Both the position numbers and the translations under genes were made by a program. Below, piece by piece: positions 37,615-46,946 of a stretch of DNA of 64,000 nt. The notes beneath the pieces were generated by a model. That model saw only the letters and a program-made list of their open reading frames with translations, ran no database searches and was not told the origin of the DNA. The stretch is from a virus (lineage: Duplodnaviria > Caudoviricetes), in the IMG/VR virus record IMGVR_UViG_3300046779_001841, positions 252,222 to 316,221 of that record. One strand, written 5' to 3'. Numbering within the stretch: position 1 is the stretch's first letter; each line of letters opens with the position of its first letter.

Positions 37615-39099
37615 TTATTTTAAACTTAAAATCTTAGCTAATCTTACCAAGATATTTTGTTCGTTACTTGTTAAAGGTTTTTTTGAAATCGAATCAGCTG
37701 TTGCCAAATATGTATTGACATCATTATATTGTTTAGTGTTTCCAAGATAACCTGCTAAACGATACAAATGATTTGGAATATCAATTCCATATTGTGTATT
37801 TACATAAGCTATATTCTTGATCGCTGATTCATTTGATTGAGAAAGATCTACTGCCACTTTTAAATGTTGAAAATATTTCTGTTTTAAATTGGCTTCTTTT
37901 TTCTTTCCCTTAGTGTTTTCTTCATCCACTAAACGATTGACAACTTTTGACACTAAAATTTCTATATCTTCATCAGACATATCTTTTAATGTTTTTACTG
38001 GTTGTTCTTCTTGTGCATATTTAGAATTTGTCCAATTCTCAAAATTGAGATTTCCTTCTTTAATAACACTATCATTCTCATGAATACTAGATTTGGTTAA
38101 ATCTACTTTAGGTTCTTCAGGTTTATCTTCTAAAGACTTTTCTAACTTAGTTTTAATTCTATCCATTACCACTTTTGAAATTTGTTCTTCCAATTCATCT
38201 ATTGGATTTTTTGGTGGTTCTGGTGCTTTCTTTTCTTCACCACCTTCTTCTTCACCTTCTTCTTCACCAAAATCAAAAGCAGATTTTTGACTTGCAACCT
38301 TTTGAATATCTAAAGTATTTCTTGCGACTGCACCTTTAAATGCAGGTGTTGCTACCCAAGATGCTTCAATAAATGTAACACCACCATTATCACCTTCGGA
38401 TTCATGACCACATAATTCTGCTATTCTATGCTTGTTGCCTTTTTCATCATAAAACACATTACCTTTTTCATATTTAATGTGTTTGCACATTTCTGTTTCA
38501 TCTGATGCAACATTACCACACTTTGTACAGATAGTATAATCTACACTACATCCCATAGACATAGCATTCATTTGACCACTTAAAATTTGTTGAACAAGAT
38601 CACCATGTTTTTTATTTGTAGCAACTAGAATATCTACATAAAGACTATCTCCAATATCTCTTAATACTGCATCAATAATCTTACCTTTAGATAATTCTTC
38701 TACTTGGATATGTTCAACAAAATTATGCGCACCAATAAATGACTTGTATGATTTCTGTAATACACCTCTTGACCAACAATCCAAATTATTATTGATATAT
38801 TGATCGCAATCGGATTTCACTACATAATCTGCAAATCTTCTATTAATCTTTTCACCTTCAAATTGTAAAGCACCAGTCTTTACATTTGTAGGTGTATCTA
38901 CATCAACAGAACAGACGATTGTTGAATGTGTTAATAAATATTTATCAGGTGTAAAAGATTCACCTAAGATTCTTTCTGCTTGTTGTTTTAAACTTGCATC
39001 AAGTCTATTATTACCACTTGCTACTCTAATTCTATCCCATTCTCCACCAAATATCTTTGGCTTCACAATACTAGATTTTGCATATCTTAAAAATGCCAT
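37615..39099 (-). CDS. Prohead maturation protease with a Zn-ribbon insert
   Basis: NFVEH, VDILVA, MSMGC..CTKCG..C and FIEASWVATPAFKGA fit the HK97/assemblin-fold protease; lies upstream of the scaffold. Confidence 0.75.
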   Translation of the reverse strand: MAFLRYAKSSIVKPKIFGGEWDRIRVASGNNRLDASLKQQAERILGESFTPDKYLLTHSTIVCSVDVDTPTNVKTGALQFEGEKINRRFADYVVKSDCDQYINNNLDCWSRGVLQKSYKSFIGAHNFVEHIQVEELSKGKIIDAVLRDIGDSLYVDILVATNKKHGDLVQQILSGQMNAMSMGCSVDYTICTKCGNVASDETEMCKHIKYEKGNVFYDEKGNKHRIAELCGHESEGDNGGVTFIEASWVATPAFKGAVARNTLDIQKVASQKSAFDFGEEEGEEEGGEEKKAPEPPKNPIDELEEQISKVVMDRIKTKLEKSLEDKPEEPKVDLTKSSIHENDSVIKEGNLNFENWTNSKYAQEEQPVKTLKDMSDEDIEILVSKVVNRLVDEENTKGKKKEANLKQKYFQHLKVAVDLSQSNESAIKNIAYVNTQYGIDIPNHLYRLAGYLGNTKQYNDVNTYLATADSISKKPLTSNEQNILVRLAKILSLK

Positions 39100-39108
39100 A
39101 GTAATCTC

Positions 39109-42100
39109 CTAGTTGTTGAAACCAAGTATATCTGTGGTTTTGATGAGAAATAAACATTCTGGACAACATAAAAGTCTTTCAGATTTACCACCCATTCTTT
39201 TATAGATGGTTTTCTTCAGTTCTATGTTTTTGCATCTAGGACAAGTAGGTTTGTTTTCATTCCTACACATCCTATATTTACGATCTTTATCAGCCCAATA
39301 TAATGCAGTCTTTGCATTTACTGGTTTTGTGCCTAATCCACCAGGTACAGAATCATAATTTACAGGTTCTATTTCTAAATCTGCAATTTGTAAATCTTCC
39401 ACTGGGTATCTTGCACTTCCAAAAGGAAATTGAACATCAACCATACCAATAGCTGGAAAAACTGCAACTACTGTACCATGATGATCTTTACTGCCACCAT
39501 AAAAAGGAAATACCTTCATACCTACTTTGAAGTTTGAAGCTATCTCTTGATAATTGGTGATTGTTGTAGATTTCTTTTTCATATTAAAATCTAGTCCTTT
39601 GTTATTATTATTGTTGTTAATAAATACTTTATTAAAGTTTTCATTGCCTAATCTTTGAATTTTCTTAAAAAGTGGTGGATCACTATCATTTTTCTGCAAC
39701 AATTCTAAATATTCCTGTTTCTTTCTTGGATCAGGTATGTTTTTTATCGCTTCTATTAATGCTTTAGATTTCTCATCTCTTGTTGCTTCACTTGCTCTTG
39801 CCAAACTTAATTCTGTTGTGATCTCTTTGATCTTTTCTTCTCTCTTCTTAGCATCTGAAATTTTTAAAACATCTACAAAACTATCAGTATATTTCTTCAT
39901 ATCTTCTTGATGTTTCTTCTGCTTTTCTTTTTCTTCTTTTTCTTTCTCTCTTTGTAATTCTTTTGCTTTTTCTTCTTGCTTTTCTTTTTCTCTATCAAAA
40001 GTATCTGCATCATCATCAAATTCTTCTTGTGTTGTAGATATTGATACTTGTTTAGTCTTTCCTTTATCTGCATTCGTAAAAAACATTTCATTTGAAATGA
40101 CATCTATAATATGATCTCTAATTTCTTGTTTTCTTTTATAATCTAAAGTGATTTTACATTTTCCTTTATCATCATCATCATAACTCATATAGCTTTTAGT
40201 TTGTCCAGATACATTCTCTGGACAAAAATCTGGACTTAATAATTTTGCCATTGGACTTATTGATGAATTTTCCACTACACCTATTAAATCGGTATCGGAT
40301 ACATTTGAAAAAATTGTTTTTAAATTCTCTTTATATGTGGCTTGATTTTTTGCTTTAGTCATTTGCATTAATGCTTTTAATGTTTTTGGACTATTGATAG
40401 TTTGTGCTAAAGCAATAATATTCTTATCTACTGGAAACCTATTTGATTTTGGTTTCTTAGTTTTCTCTAGCTTTTCATTCTTTGCTTGTAATTCTTTTTT
40501 TGTTTTCTCTATTCTCTTTTGTTCATTATTATAATGATTTTCCAAATCTTTTAATTTTTGTTCATCATCTGGTGTCTTAGATGTTTTTTGTTTTAAACTA
40601 TTAATCTCAGATACTACACCTTGTAGTTTTTGTTCATCTGATACTACTTGTGATTGTAACACAGGCACTTCATCTATAAGTTTCTCTTGTGCATCTATTT
40701 CTATCAATTTTTCTAATTGTTTTTGTTTCTTTGCTCTCTCATTTAAAACATATTGTGCTTTCTTTGCTTTTTCTTTTATTTCCACCAACTTCTTATATGC
40801 TATTTGATCTTTTTTTAATTCTTTCTTATCTGTATTACTATCCGATTGAGAACTCAATAATTTTACTCGCAGTGTTTCTAATTCATCTTTTATATCTTCA
40901 TATTGCTTAAGATTTGCTTCTGCTTCAGTTGGGTCTTTTAAATCAAAAGTATAGTTTTCTTGTTCTAAGTTAGAAATTTGTTTTTCTAATTCAGATTTGG
41001 ATTTCTTTTGCTTTTCTAAAAGTGCTTTTAAGTTTTCTAATTTATCTTCATCTGTTTCTTCTTTTATCTTTTTTTCCAATTCTTTTATTTTCACAGACAT
41101 TTCTTTTGTCTTTGGTTTTAAATTCTCTATCTTCTTTTCGTTTTCTTTTCTTTTTGCAATTTCTTTAACATCTAATGTTTTTGAATTTACAATTTTATTC
41201 AACTTTCCAATCTCTTTTTTCCGATTATCATTCTTCTGTATTCTTTGTTCTTTTACCTTCTTATTATATTGTTCTTTTTCTGCATCATTCATTTTCTCTG
41301 TTGGATCTATATCAAATAATTCTTTCATCTCTTCTTCATTATCTTGAAACATTGCACTTGCCAACAAACCTTCATATGCACTTTCTAAGATTGCTATTTT
41401 TTCTTTATCTTTTTCTGGATCTAACTTAGACATCTCTGCTTGTAGTTTATCTCCCATTTCTTTTCTATCTTCAGCTGGCATCTTTGAATATCTTTTAAGT
41501 TGCACATCTCTTAATTCATTTTTATGTACATCTAAATCTTTAATATCTTTAATCTCATTCAAACCTAAACCATTTAGTGGATTAAAATAAAATTCTGCTT
41601 CTTTCTTAATTGCCATTGCTTTCGCTAATTCTTTTGGATTTTTGATTGTGTTTAAATCTACATCTCTATATTTCTTGTAATCTTCATGATTTTGTTTCTT
41701 CTTTACTGTATCTGTAAAAGATGTCATAAACGCATCTAATTCGTTATCATCTAAATCTACATCCATTGTCTTTAAATGCTTTTCAAAATTCTTCGCATCA
41801 AATGGCAAATTCCTAGCTTTAATCCATTTATTCACTCTTGCCATATCCAATTTTGGTTTTGCTGACATCCCTGTTTCTACCACTGGTGGTGGTGTAGATG
41901 GAATAGCAGTATCTGGTGCTTGAGTATTTGGTGATTGTGGTTTTACTTTTGGTGTTGTCTTATTCTTGTTAGGTGCTTGTGTAGATGGTTTACCTTGTGT
42001 AGATGGTTTACCTTGTGTAGATGGCTTACTTTGAGTAGATGGCTTATTCTTGGTAGGTGTTTGCACTATTGGTTGTGCTGGTGTTTTACCTTTACTTTGA

Positions 42101-42909
42101 CTTGTTGGTTGTATAGTAGATTTTCCAGATGGTGTTTTAGATGATGGCATCTTACCTTGTTGATCTACTGATGGTGTCTTATCTTGTGCAGGTGTCTTAC
42201 CTTGTGCAGGTGTCTTATCTTGAGTAGATGGTTGTCCAGATGTTGGAATATTTGTTTTAGGTGATGGTGTCTTACTTGATGGTGGTGCTTTGCTTGATGG
42301 TGTCTTACCCGATGGTGATGAAGTATCTGTTGTTTGTGAAACATCAGATTGCACAGCACCACCTAAAACTTGTTGTAATTCAGGTGATGATAATATCTGT
42401 ATCAAAGCATCAATCACACCGCGTTCTGCACCTTGTTCAATTTCTTCTAAAATGCTTTTGGCTTTATCTGCATCACGACCTCTTAATGACTTTAAAATCA
42501 TTATTGCTCTTGGATTTAAATCTTTTTCTGTATCAATCTCATTAATCTTTTTAGCAATCGATTTCTTATCATCTTGACCTTTTCCACTAGGCTTAGACTT
42601 TAATTCTTTTTCTTTCTCTTTCTTTGCATTTGCCATTTCTTTGTTGAAATCGGATTGTGCTTGTGCATTCCCCCTTGCATATGCAGTGCCAAAAGAAATA
42701 TCTTTACCACTCGCATCATCTTTATATTTTTTGTCTTTTAATCCTTGTTTTACCTTATTTGCTAAATCTGGATCGGCTTTGCTTTTTCCTTTATTATCTA
42801 CTTTCTTCTTTACTTGATTTAATCTTGAAAATAATTGAGATGCCATTGAATGAAGTTCATCCAAATCACGATCAGCAGTCTTAATAAATAAAGGATCTAA
42901 AACATACAT
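39109..42909 (-). CDS. 1266-aa virion-type protein (low-complexity, coiled coil, C-terminal SH3-like and Zn-finger module with an internal start at 39582)
   Basis: TQGKPS/QDKTPA repeats; K/E-rich heptads; C-terminal CPRC..CCPEC. Confidence 0.75.
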   Translation of the reverse strand: MYVLDPLFIKTADRDLDELHSMASQLFSRLNQVKKKVDNKGKSKADPDLANKVKQGLKDKKYKDDASGKDISFGTAYARGNAQAQSDFNKEMANAKKEKEKELKSKPSGKGQDDKKSIAKKINEIDTEKDLNPRAIMILKSLRGRDADKAKSILEEIEQGAERGVIDALIQILSSPELQQVLGGAVQSDVSQTTDTSSPSGKTPSSKAPPSSKTPSPKTNIPTSGQPSTQDKTPAQGKTPAQDKTPSVDQQGKMPSSKTPSGKSTIQPTSQSKGKTPAQPIVQTPTKNKPSTQSKPSTQGKPSTQGKPSTQAPNKNKTTPKVKPQSPNTQAPDTAIPSTPPPVVETGMSAKPKLDMARVNKWIKARNLPFDAKNFEKHLKTMDVDLDDNELDAFMTSFTDTVKKKQNHEDYKKYRDVDLNTIKNPKELAKAMAIKKEAEFYFNPLNGLGLNEIKDIKDLDVHKNELRDVQLKRYSKMPAEDRKEMGDKLQAEMSKLDPEKDKEKIAILESAYEGLLASAMFQDNEEEMKELFDIDPTEKMNDAEKEQYNKKVKEQRIQKNDNRKKEIGKLNKIVNSKTLDVKEIAKRKENEKKIENLKPKTKEMSVKIKELEKKIKEETDEDKLENLKALLEKQKKSKSELEKQISNLEQENYTFDLKDPTEAEANLKQYEDIKDELETLRVKLLSSQSDSNTDKKELKKDQIAYKKLVEIKEKAKKAQYVLNERAKKQKQLEKLIEIDAQEKLIDEVPVLQSQVVSDEQKLQGVVSEINSLKQKTSKTPDDEQKLKDLENHYNNEQKRIEKTKKELQAKNEKLEKTKKPKSNRFPVDKNIIALAQTINSPKTLKALMQMTKAKNQATYKENLKTIFSNVSDTDLIGVVENSSISPMAKLLSPDFCPENVSGQTKSYMSYDDDDKGKCKITLDYKRKQEIRDHIIDVISNEMFFTNADKGKTKQVSISTTQEEFDDDADTFDREKEKQEEKAKELQREKEKEEKEKQKKHQEDMKKYTDSFVDVLKISDAKKREEKIKEITTELSLARASEATRDEKSKALIEAIKNIPDPRKKQEYLELLQKNDSDPPLFKKIQRLGNENFNKVFINNNNNNKGLDFNMKKKSTTITNYQEIASNFKVGMKVFPFYGGSKDHHGTVVAVFPAIGMVDVQFPFGSARYPVEDLQIADLEIEPVNYDSVPGGLGTKPVNAKTALYWADKDRKYRMCRNENKPTCPRCKNIELKKTIYKRMGGKSERLLCCPECLFLIKTTDILGFNN

Positions 42910-42912
42910 TTT

Positions 42913-43497
42913 TTAATACCACCTTCTTGCTACTTTAGTTGTATGTAATGATAAATCTCTATCACCTTCTGCACCTAAATTTTCTAAATCTTTATCTTCT
43001 TCTATTAAACGATTTTGTCTTAGATCTTCTCTTTTAGGTTTTAATTTAGGTGATGGTTTTACCATTTCTGATACTTTCTCATCTTCTTTTTGATTTTGAT
43101 CTTTTGTTGCATATCTTTGATGTGGACAATGAGATGCCAATTTCTTGTTGTGAACAGACACATCCATATCCACAACATCAAAACAATATGGTGTTAGTTC
43201 TTTGCGAACATTCCTTAATAATTGTGCTATTAAAAGATAACCTTTTCTTTTCTTCATTTCATCATCTTTGATATTTAACCATGTAGATTGCAAATCTCTA
43301 ATGACTTGTGCTTGTCCTTCAAGTATATCAAGATATTTGAAATCTTTATCCAGTGAAATGGCTTCTTCAAAAAAGGCTTCGATTGTTAAAAAATGTTTGC
43401 GAATACAATCTGGACATCTTTTACGAACATTATTTAAATGATCTTCTAATAAACATAATTGCTTACAAATCTCTCTCATATTAAACAGAGGATTCAT
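42913..43497 (-). CDS. Hypothetical protein with a CxxC/His-rich helical N-domain
   Basis: CKQLCLLEDHL..RCPDCIRKHF; C-terminal KVARRWY. Confidence 0.75.
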   Translation of the reverse strand: MNPLFNMREICKQLCLLEDHLNNVRKRCPDCIRKHFLTIEAFFEEAISLDKDFKYLDILEGQAQVIRDLQSTWLNIKDDEMKKRKGYLLIAQLLRNVRKELTPYCFDVVDMDVSVHNKKLASHCPHQRYATKDQNQKEDEKVSEMVKPSPKLKPKREDLRQNRLIEEDKDLENLGAEGDRDLSLHTTKVARRWY

Positions 43498-43529
43498 TAT
43501 TGGTAGTAAGCCTAATTCACTTTCATTAG

Positions 43530-44213
43530 CTATTTTTGAATTTTTTTTTTTAATGTAGCTAAACGACTAGCTACTCTTAAATTTTTTGGTATTTGAGATT
43601 CATCTGTAATCTCATCATATCCAAATGTTTTTGCATCACATTCATATTCCAGATGCTGTTCTCTCACTTCATGAATAATACAAGGAATACCTAATTCTTT
43701 TTCAACAAAATCTTTATAGTGTTTAGTGTTCTCATTTTCCCAAATATGCACTACTGTAAAATTATGCTTTTTAAAAAGATCCTTCATTATTGTTGTCTTA
43801 AATAATTTTGCATTAATCCCTGTATTGAAAAACAAATAATCAAACATTAAACCTTTTCTTTTCAATAATGCTTTTACTCTTGGTTTATGTGTTTCTACTC
43901 GACCTGTGCATAAAATACTGACTACATTTGATCTAGTTTCACTTTCTTCTGCATCTCTTACTGTAGATTCAATCCACCATTCACTTGATGGATTTAATGG
44001 AATACATGGTTCAGTCATGGATACTGGATTTATAAACCAACTCCAATCTTTTTGAACTCTCCACCATTTAGGTTGATATTCTGGTGTCTTAAACAATGTA
44101 CCATCAAAATCATAAAGGTGTAATTCTTCACCTTTCCATTTTAAAGAAACTTCATCTTTTACAAATCTTCCAAAATCTGGATTATCATAATCTTCATATA
44201 AAAATTTACTCAT
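43530..44213 (-). CDS. HAD-superfamily phosphatase (RNA-repair 'Swiss Army Knife'-like)
   Basis: LYDFDGTLF (DxD), ILCTGR and K..VHIWEN motifs. Confidence 0.75.
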   Translation of the reverse strand: MSKFLYEDYDNPDFGRFVKDEVSLKWKGEELHLYDFDGTLFKTPEYQPKWWRVQKDWSWFINPVSMTEPCIPLNPSSEWWIESTVRDAEESETRSNVVSILCTGRVETHKPRVKALLKRKGLMFDYLFFNTGINAKLFKTTIMKDLFKKHNFTVVHIWENENTKHYKDFVEKELGIPCIIHEVREQHLEYECDAKTFGYDEITDESQIPKNLRVASRLATLKKKIQK

Positions 44214-44274
44214 CTTATCATCCTTTATTTTTAGTCTTTTATAATCATCAATAAAGAACGATATTTAATAATTA

Positions 44275-46008
44275 TTAAAAACGACCACCATCACCTTCTG
44301 GTTTTGGCTTAACATATTTTACACCTATGTTTTTAGCTATCATCTCAATCGCATCACTATTCTCTGCCAACATTCTACCTGCTTCTCCATAGATACCACG
44401 CAACACTTCATTAAATGTACTATCATTAAATGTAAAAGCATCTCTCTTTAGTTTCGCTTTAGTAGTTTCACTATCTATATTCAATAACTCTAAGATCACA
44501 TCTATATCCAACGATCCTTTTTGATACAAATTAAACAAAGCATCAAAGGTATCTTGATTATCTCTTAAACCTAATCGAGTAAATGATAATGTTGGATGCA
44601 CCACTACTTCTTCACCATCATCATCTACTTCTATAAATCCCATTCTTTCACACATAGGTTTAAGCATATTTTCTTCTACCATCTCTTGTAGTATTTCTCT
44701 CATTAACATATAGCGAGTGTTAATCACTTCTAAATGTATTCTATCTCCACTATATGCACCTTCACCACTTAACAAAGATTCTGTTACTCCTAAACCTGCA
44801 TATAATTGTCTATCAGTCATATCATATTCTGATGATAAATCTAACAAACGACTATCTGCACCCATCTCTTCCCAATTCACTTGAAAATTTGAAATAATAG
44901 AATAATCTGGATCTTGTAATGCTAAATCTACTTGATCTCTTAATGCTTCTACATCCATTGCATCCATATCTTCTGCATACACTAAACGAATTGGTGTTAA
45001 GTGTCTTGATGCAATACTTGTTTGTGCTTGTCTTAACTTATCTCTAAATACTAAAATTCTTAAACATCTTTCCAATACACTATGCCCTCTTGGTTCATAT
45101 TGTGATTTCTTTCTTGCCATATAAAACACAAATGAACCTAAATTTGGATCTGTATTTAATGGTATATTTCTACCTTCTTTAATTGCTCCTACTACATCTG
45201 GTGGCATTGACTGTGCAATTCGCAATGCTTCAGGATCATCCATTCCTGCTCTTTCCACTACATCTTTTGTTTTACTATCTGGAATTAATTGGATCATCTT
45301 CTGATCTGTAAATGGAAAACTTTCCATGTGTACTTGTTCTGGTGGCAAAATACGAATAGCAGTCCATCCTTTATAATTCTTTTTCATCCATTCGTATGCT
45401 CTTTCATTACTATCATCATATTCTTCCCAAAGTTCTTCTATTTGATCAGTTGTACCTTCTTTTAAAGAGATTCTTTTCTTATGTGTGATTTCTTTAGGCA
45501 TATCTGGATTGTTATCTTCACAAAATACAAACACTTCACCAAGTAAATTATATTCATGCACGATCTCAATAAGACGATGTAGCAATCCTACTTTCTTTGC
45601 CCATTTTTCACAAAAATTTAATGCTTTTCTTGCCAATTCACTATCTTTGGCTTTTGGCATACCTAGTCTAATTTTAGACAATGGTAGTTCTGTATGCAAA
45701 TCAATAGCTTGTCCAACAAATGGATCTGTGCGATAGAAAAATCTAAAGTAGTTTCTTTGTTCATCTTGAGATTGAGGTAATTCCAAAAAGTCTGTTGAAA
45801 GTTCTGGTGAATAAAAATTACCACCACCACCTAATTGAGTTCCACCTGTTGTCATCGCAACTTTTACTCTGGATTTCATTTCATTAGGTGTTAATTTCTT
45901 TGCAGGTTGTGTTTTGACTTTTTCTCTTGGTCTTACTTTACTTACTACTTTTACATCTGGATCTTCAATCGTTGGTGTCTGTTGGTTTGATTGCTTTGCC
46001 ATTTTCAT
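44275..46008 (-). CDS. Portal protein
   Basis: FYRTDPFVGQAID, EYNLLGEVF and PRGHSVLERC portal-like segments; lies between terminase and head genes. Confidence 0.85.
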   Translation of the reverse strand: MKMAKQSNQQTPTIEDPDVKVVSKVRPREKVKTQPAKKLTPNEMKSRVKVAMTTGGTQLGGGGNFYSPELSTDFLELPQSQDEQRNYFRFFYRTDPFVGQAIDLHTELPLSKIRLGMPKAKDSELARKALNFCEKWAKKVGLLHRLIEIVHEYNLLGEVFVFCEDNNPDMPKEITHKKRISLKEGTTDQIEELWEEYDDSNERAYEWMKKNYKGWTAIRILPPEQVHMESFPFTDQKMIQLIPDSKTKDVVERAGMDDPEALRIAQSMPPDVVGAIKEGRNIPLNTDPNLGSFVFYMARKKSQYEPRGHSVLERCLRILVFRDKLRQAQTSIASRHLTPIRLVYAEDMDAMDVEALRDQVDLALQDPDYSIISNFQVNWEEMGADSRLLDLSSEYDMTDRQLYAGLGVTESLLSGEGAYSGDRIHLEVINTRYMLMREILQEMVEENMLKPMCERMGFIEVDDDGEEVVVHPTLSFTRLGLRDNQDTFDALFNLYQKGSLDIDVILELLNIDSETTKAKLKRDAFTFNDSTFNEVLRGIYGEAGRMLAENSDAIEMIAKNIGVKYVKPKPEGDGGRF

Positions 46009-46225
46009 CCTTCCTTTGCTTTATTAAATATTTGATTATTGTTTTTAATAACTTAACATGGTCAGGATGTCCTTCATAAAACTGCTTCCATGTTCCACCT
46101 TTCTTATTATACAACAAAGCGATCTCTTCTATTAAATCTATATCTTCTTTTTCTTTTCCATAAGATATTTCTAATATTCTTGAAATCACTCGCTGATATG
46201 CTACTTCTAATTGTCTTGGTTTCAT
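45965..46225 (-). CDS. Small hypothetical protein overlapping the portal start
   Basis: 86 aa helical ORF. Confidence 0.55.
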   Translation of the reverse strand: MKPRQLEVAYQRVISRILEISYGKEKEDIDLIEEIALLYNKKGGTWKQFYEGHPDHVKLLKTIIKYLIKQRKDENGKAIKPTDTND

Positions 46226-46276
46226 AATTCATTTAACCTTTCTTTCTTTATTACACACAATCAAAAGGAATATCAA

Positions 46277-46555
46277 ATGTTTAATGAAATTGAAAACTCA
46301 CCTTTCTATTCTCTTTGTCTTTTCTTTCTTCAAGACTATCTTGAACTTGGAAAACCTTTTACTCATTGCGAACATAAAGATATTCTTATTGCTGAATGGT
46401 TTGAACATGATGTCAAACTACAAATTAATATCAAGAATTTAGATACCGATGTTTTCTTTAAAAATATGTTTGACCACCGTACAAATTTATATAACTATGG
46501 TAAAAGATACATACTCAAAAAACACATTCATTCAGGACTTAAAACACATGGCTAA
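46277..46555 (+). CDS. Hypothetical protein coupled to the Panacea-like gene
   Basis: ATG 46277 with AAGGA SD; stop overlaps the next start. Confidence 0.7.
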   Translation: MFNEIENSPFYSLCLFFLQDYLELGKPFTHCEHKDILIAEWFEHDVKLQINIKNLDTDVFFKNMFDHRTNLYNYGKRYILKKHIHSGLKTHG

Positions 46556-46946
46556 TCTTATTGATGTTTCAAAATATATTCTTGACACTTACCGCACCAC
46601 CACTGGCATAAAACTCCATAAACTTCTCTACTATTGCCAGCTTAGACACTTCATCAAACATAACAAAGTGCTTATTGATGATGCAGATTTTTCTCTACAA
46701 AATAATGGCATCATCTGTACAAGTTTATACAATAATATTTCCAATCTTGTTTCTGGTAATCCAAATAGACTTACAAGTGATGAAATTCTTTCTATCAATA
46801 TGACAATGAGTAAATATGGCAAATACACTATCCATGAATTAACAGAACTCAATAAGAAAGAAATTCCTGTAAACATTCCAATTTCTTTTCCTGCTATTCT
46901 TGAATTATATCAATCATCTGGATCTACCAATCATCCCACGAATTGA
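46548..46946 (+). CDS. Panacea (DUF4065/SocA)-like antitoxin-domain protein
   Basis: VSKYIL..TGIKLHKLLYYCQ..YGKYTIHELTELNKKE; ATG 46548 with AGGA SD. Confidence 0.7.
   Translation: MANLIDVSKYILDTYRTTTGIKLHKLLYYCQLRHFIKHNKVLIDDADFSLQNNGIICTSLYNNISNLVSGNPNRLTSDEILSINMTMSKYGKYTIHELTELNKKEIPVNIPISFPAILELYQSSGSTNHPTN

Noticed and set aside
34804-43271. Many short antisense or alternate-frame ORFs in the track (poly-Ser, Leu/His-rich)
   Set aside because: They are shadows of low-complexity E/K-rich genes on the opposite strand or frame, without SDs.
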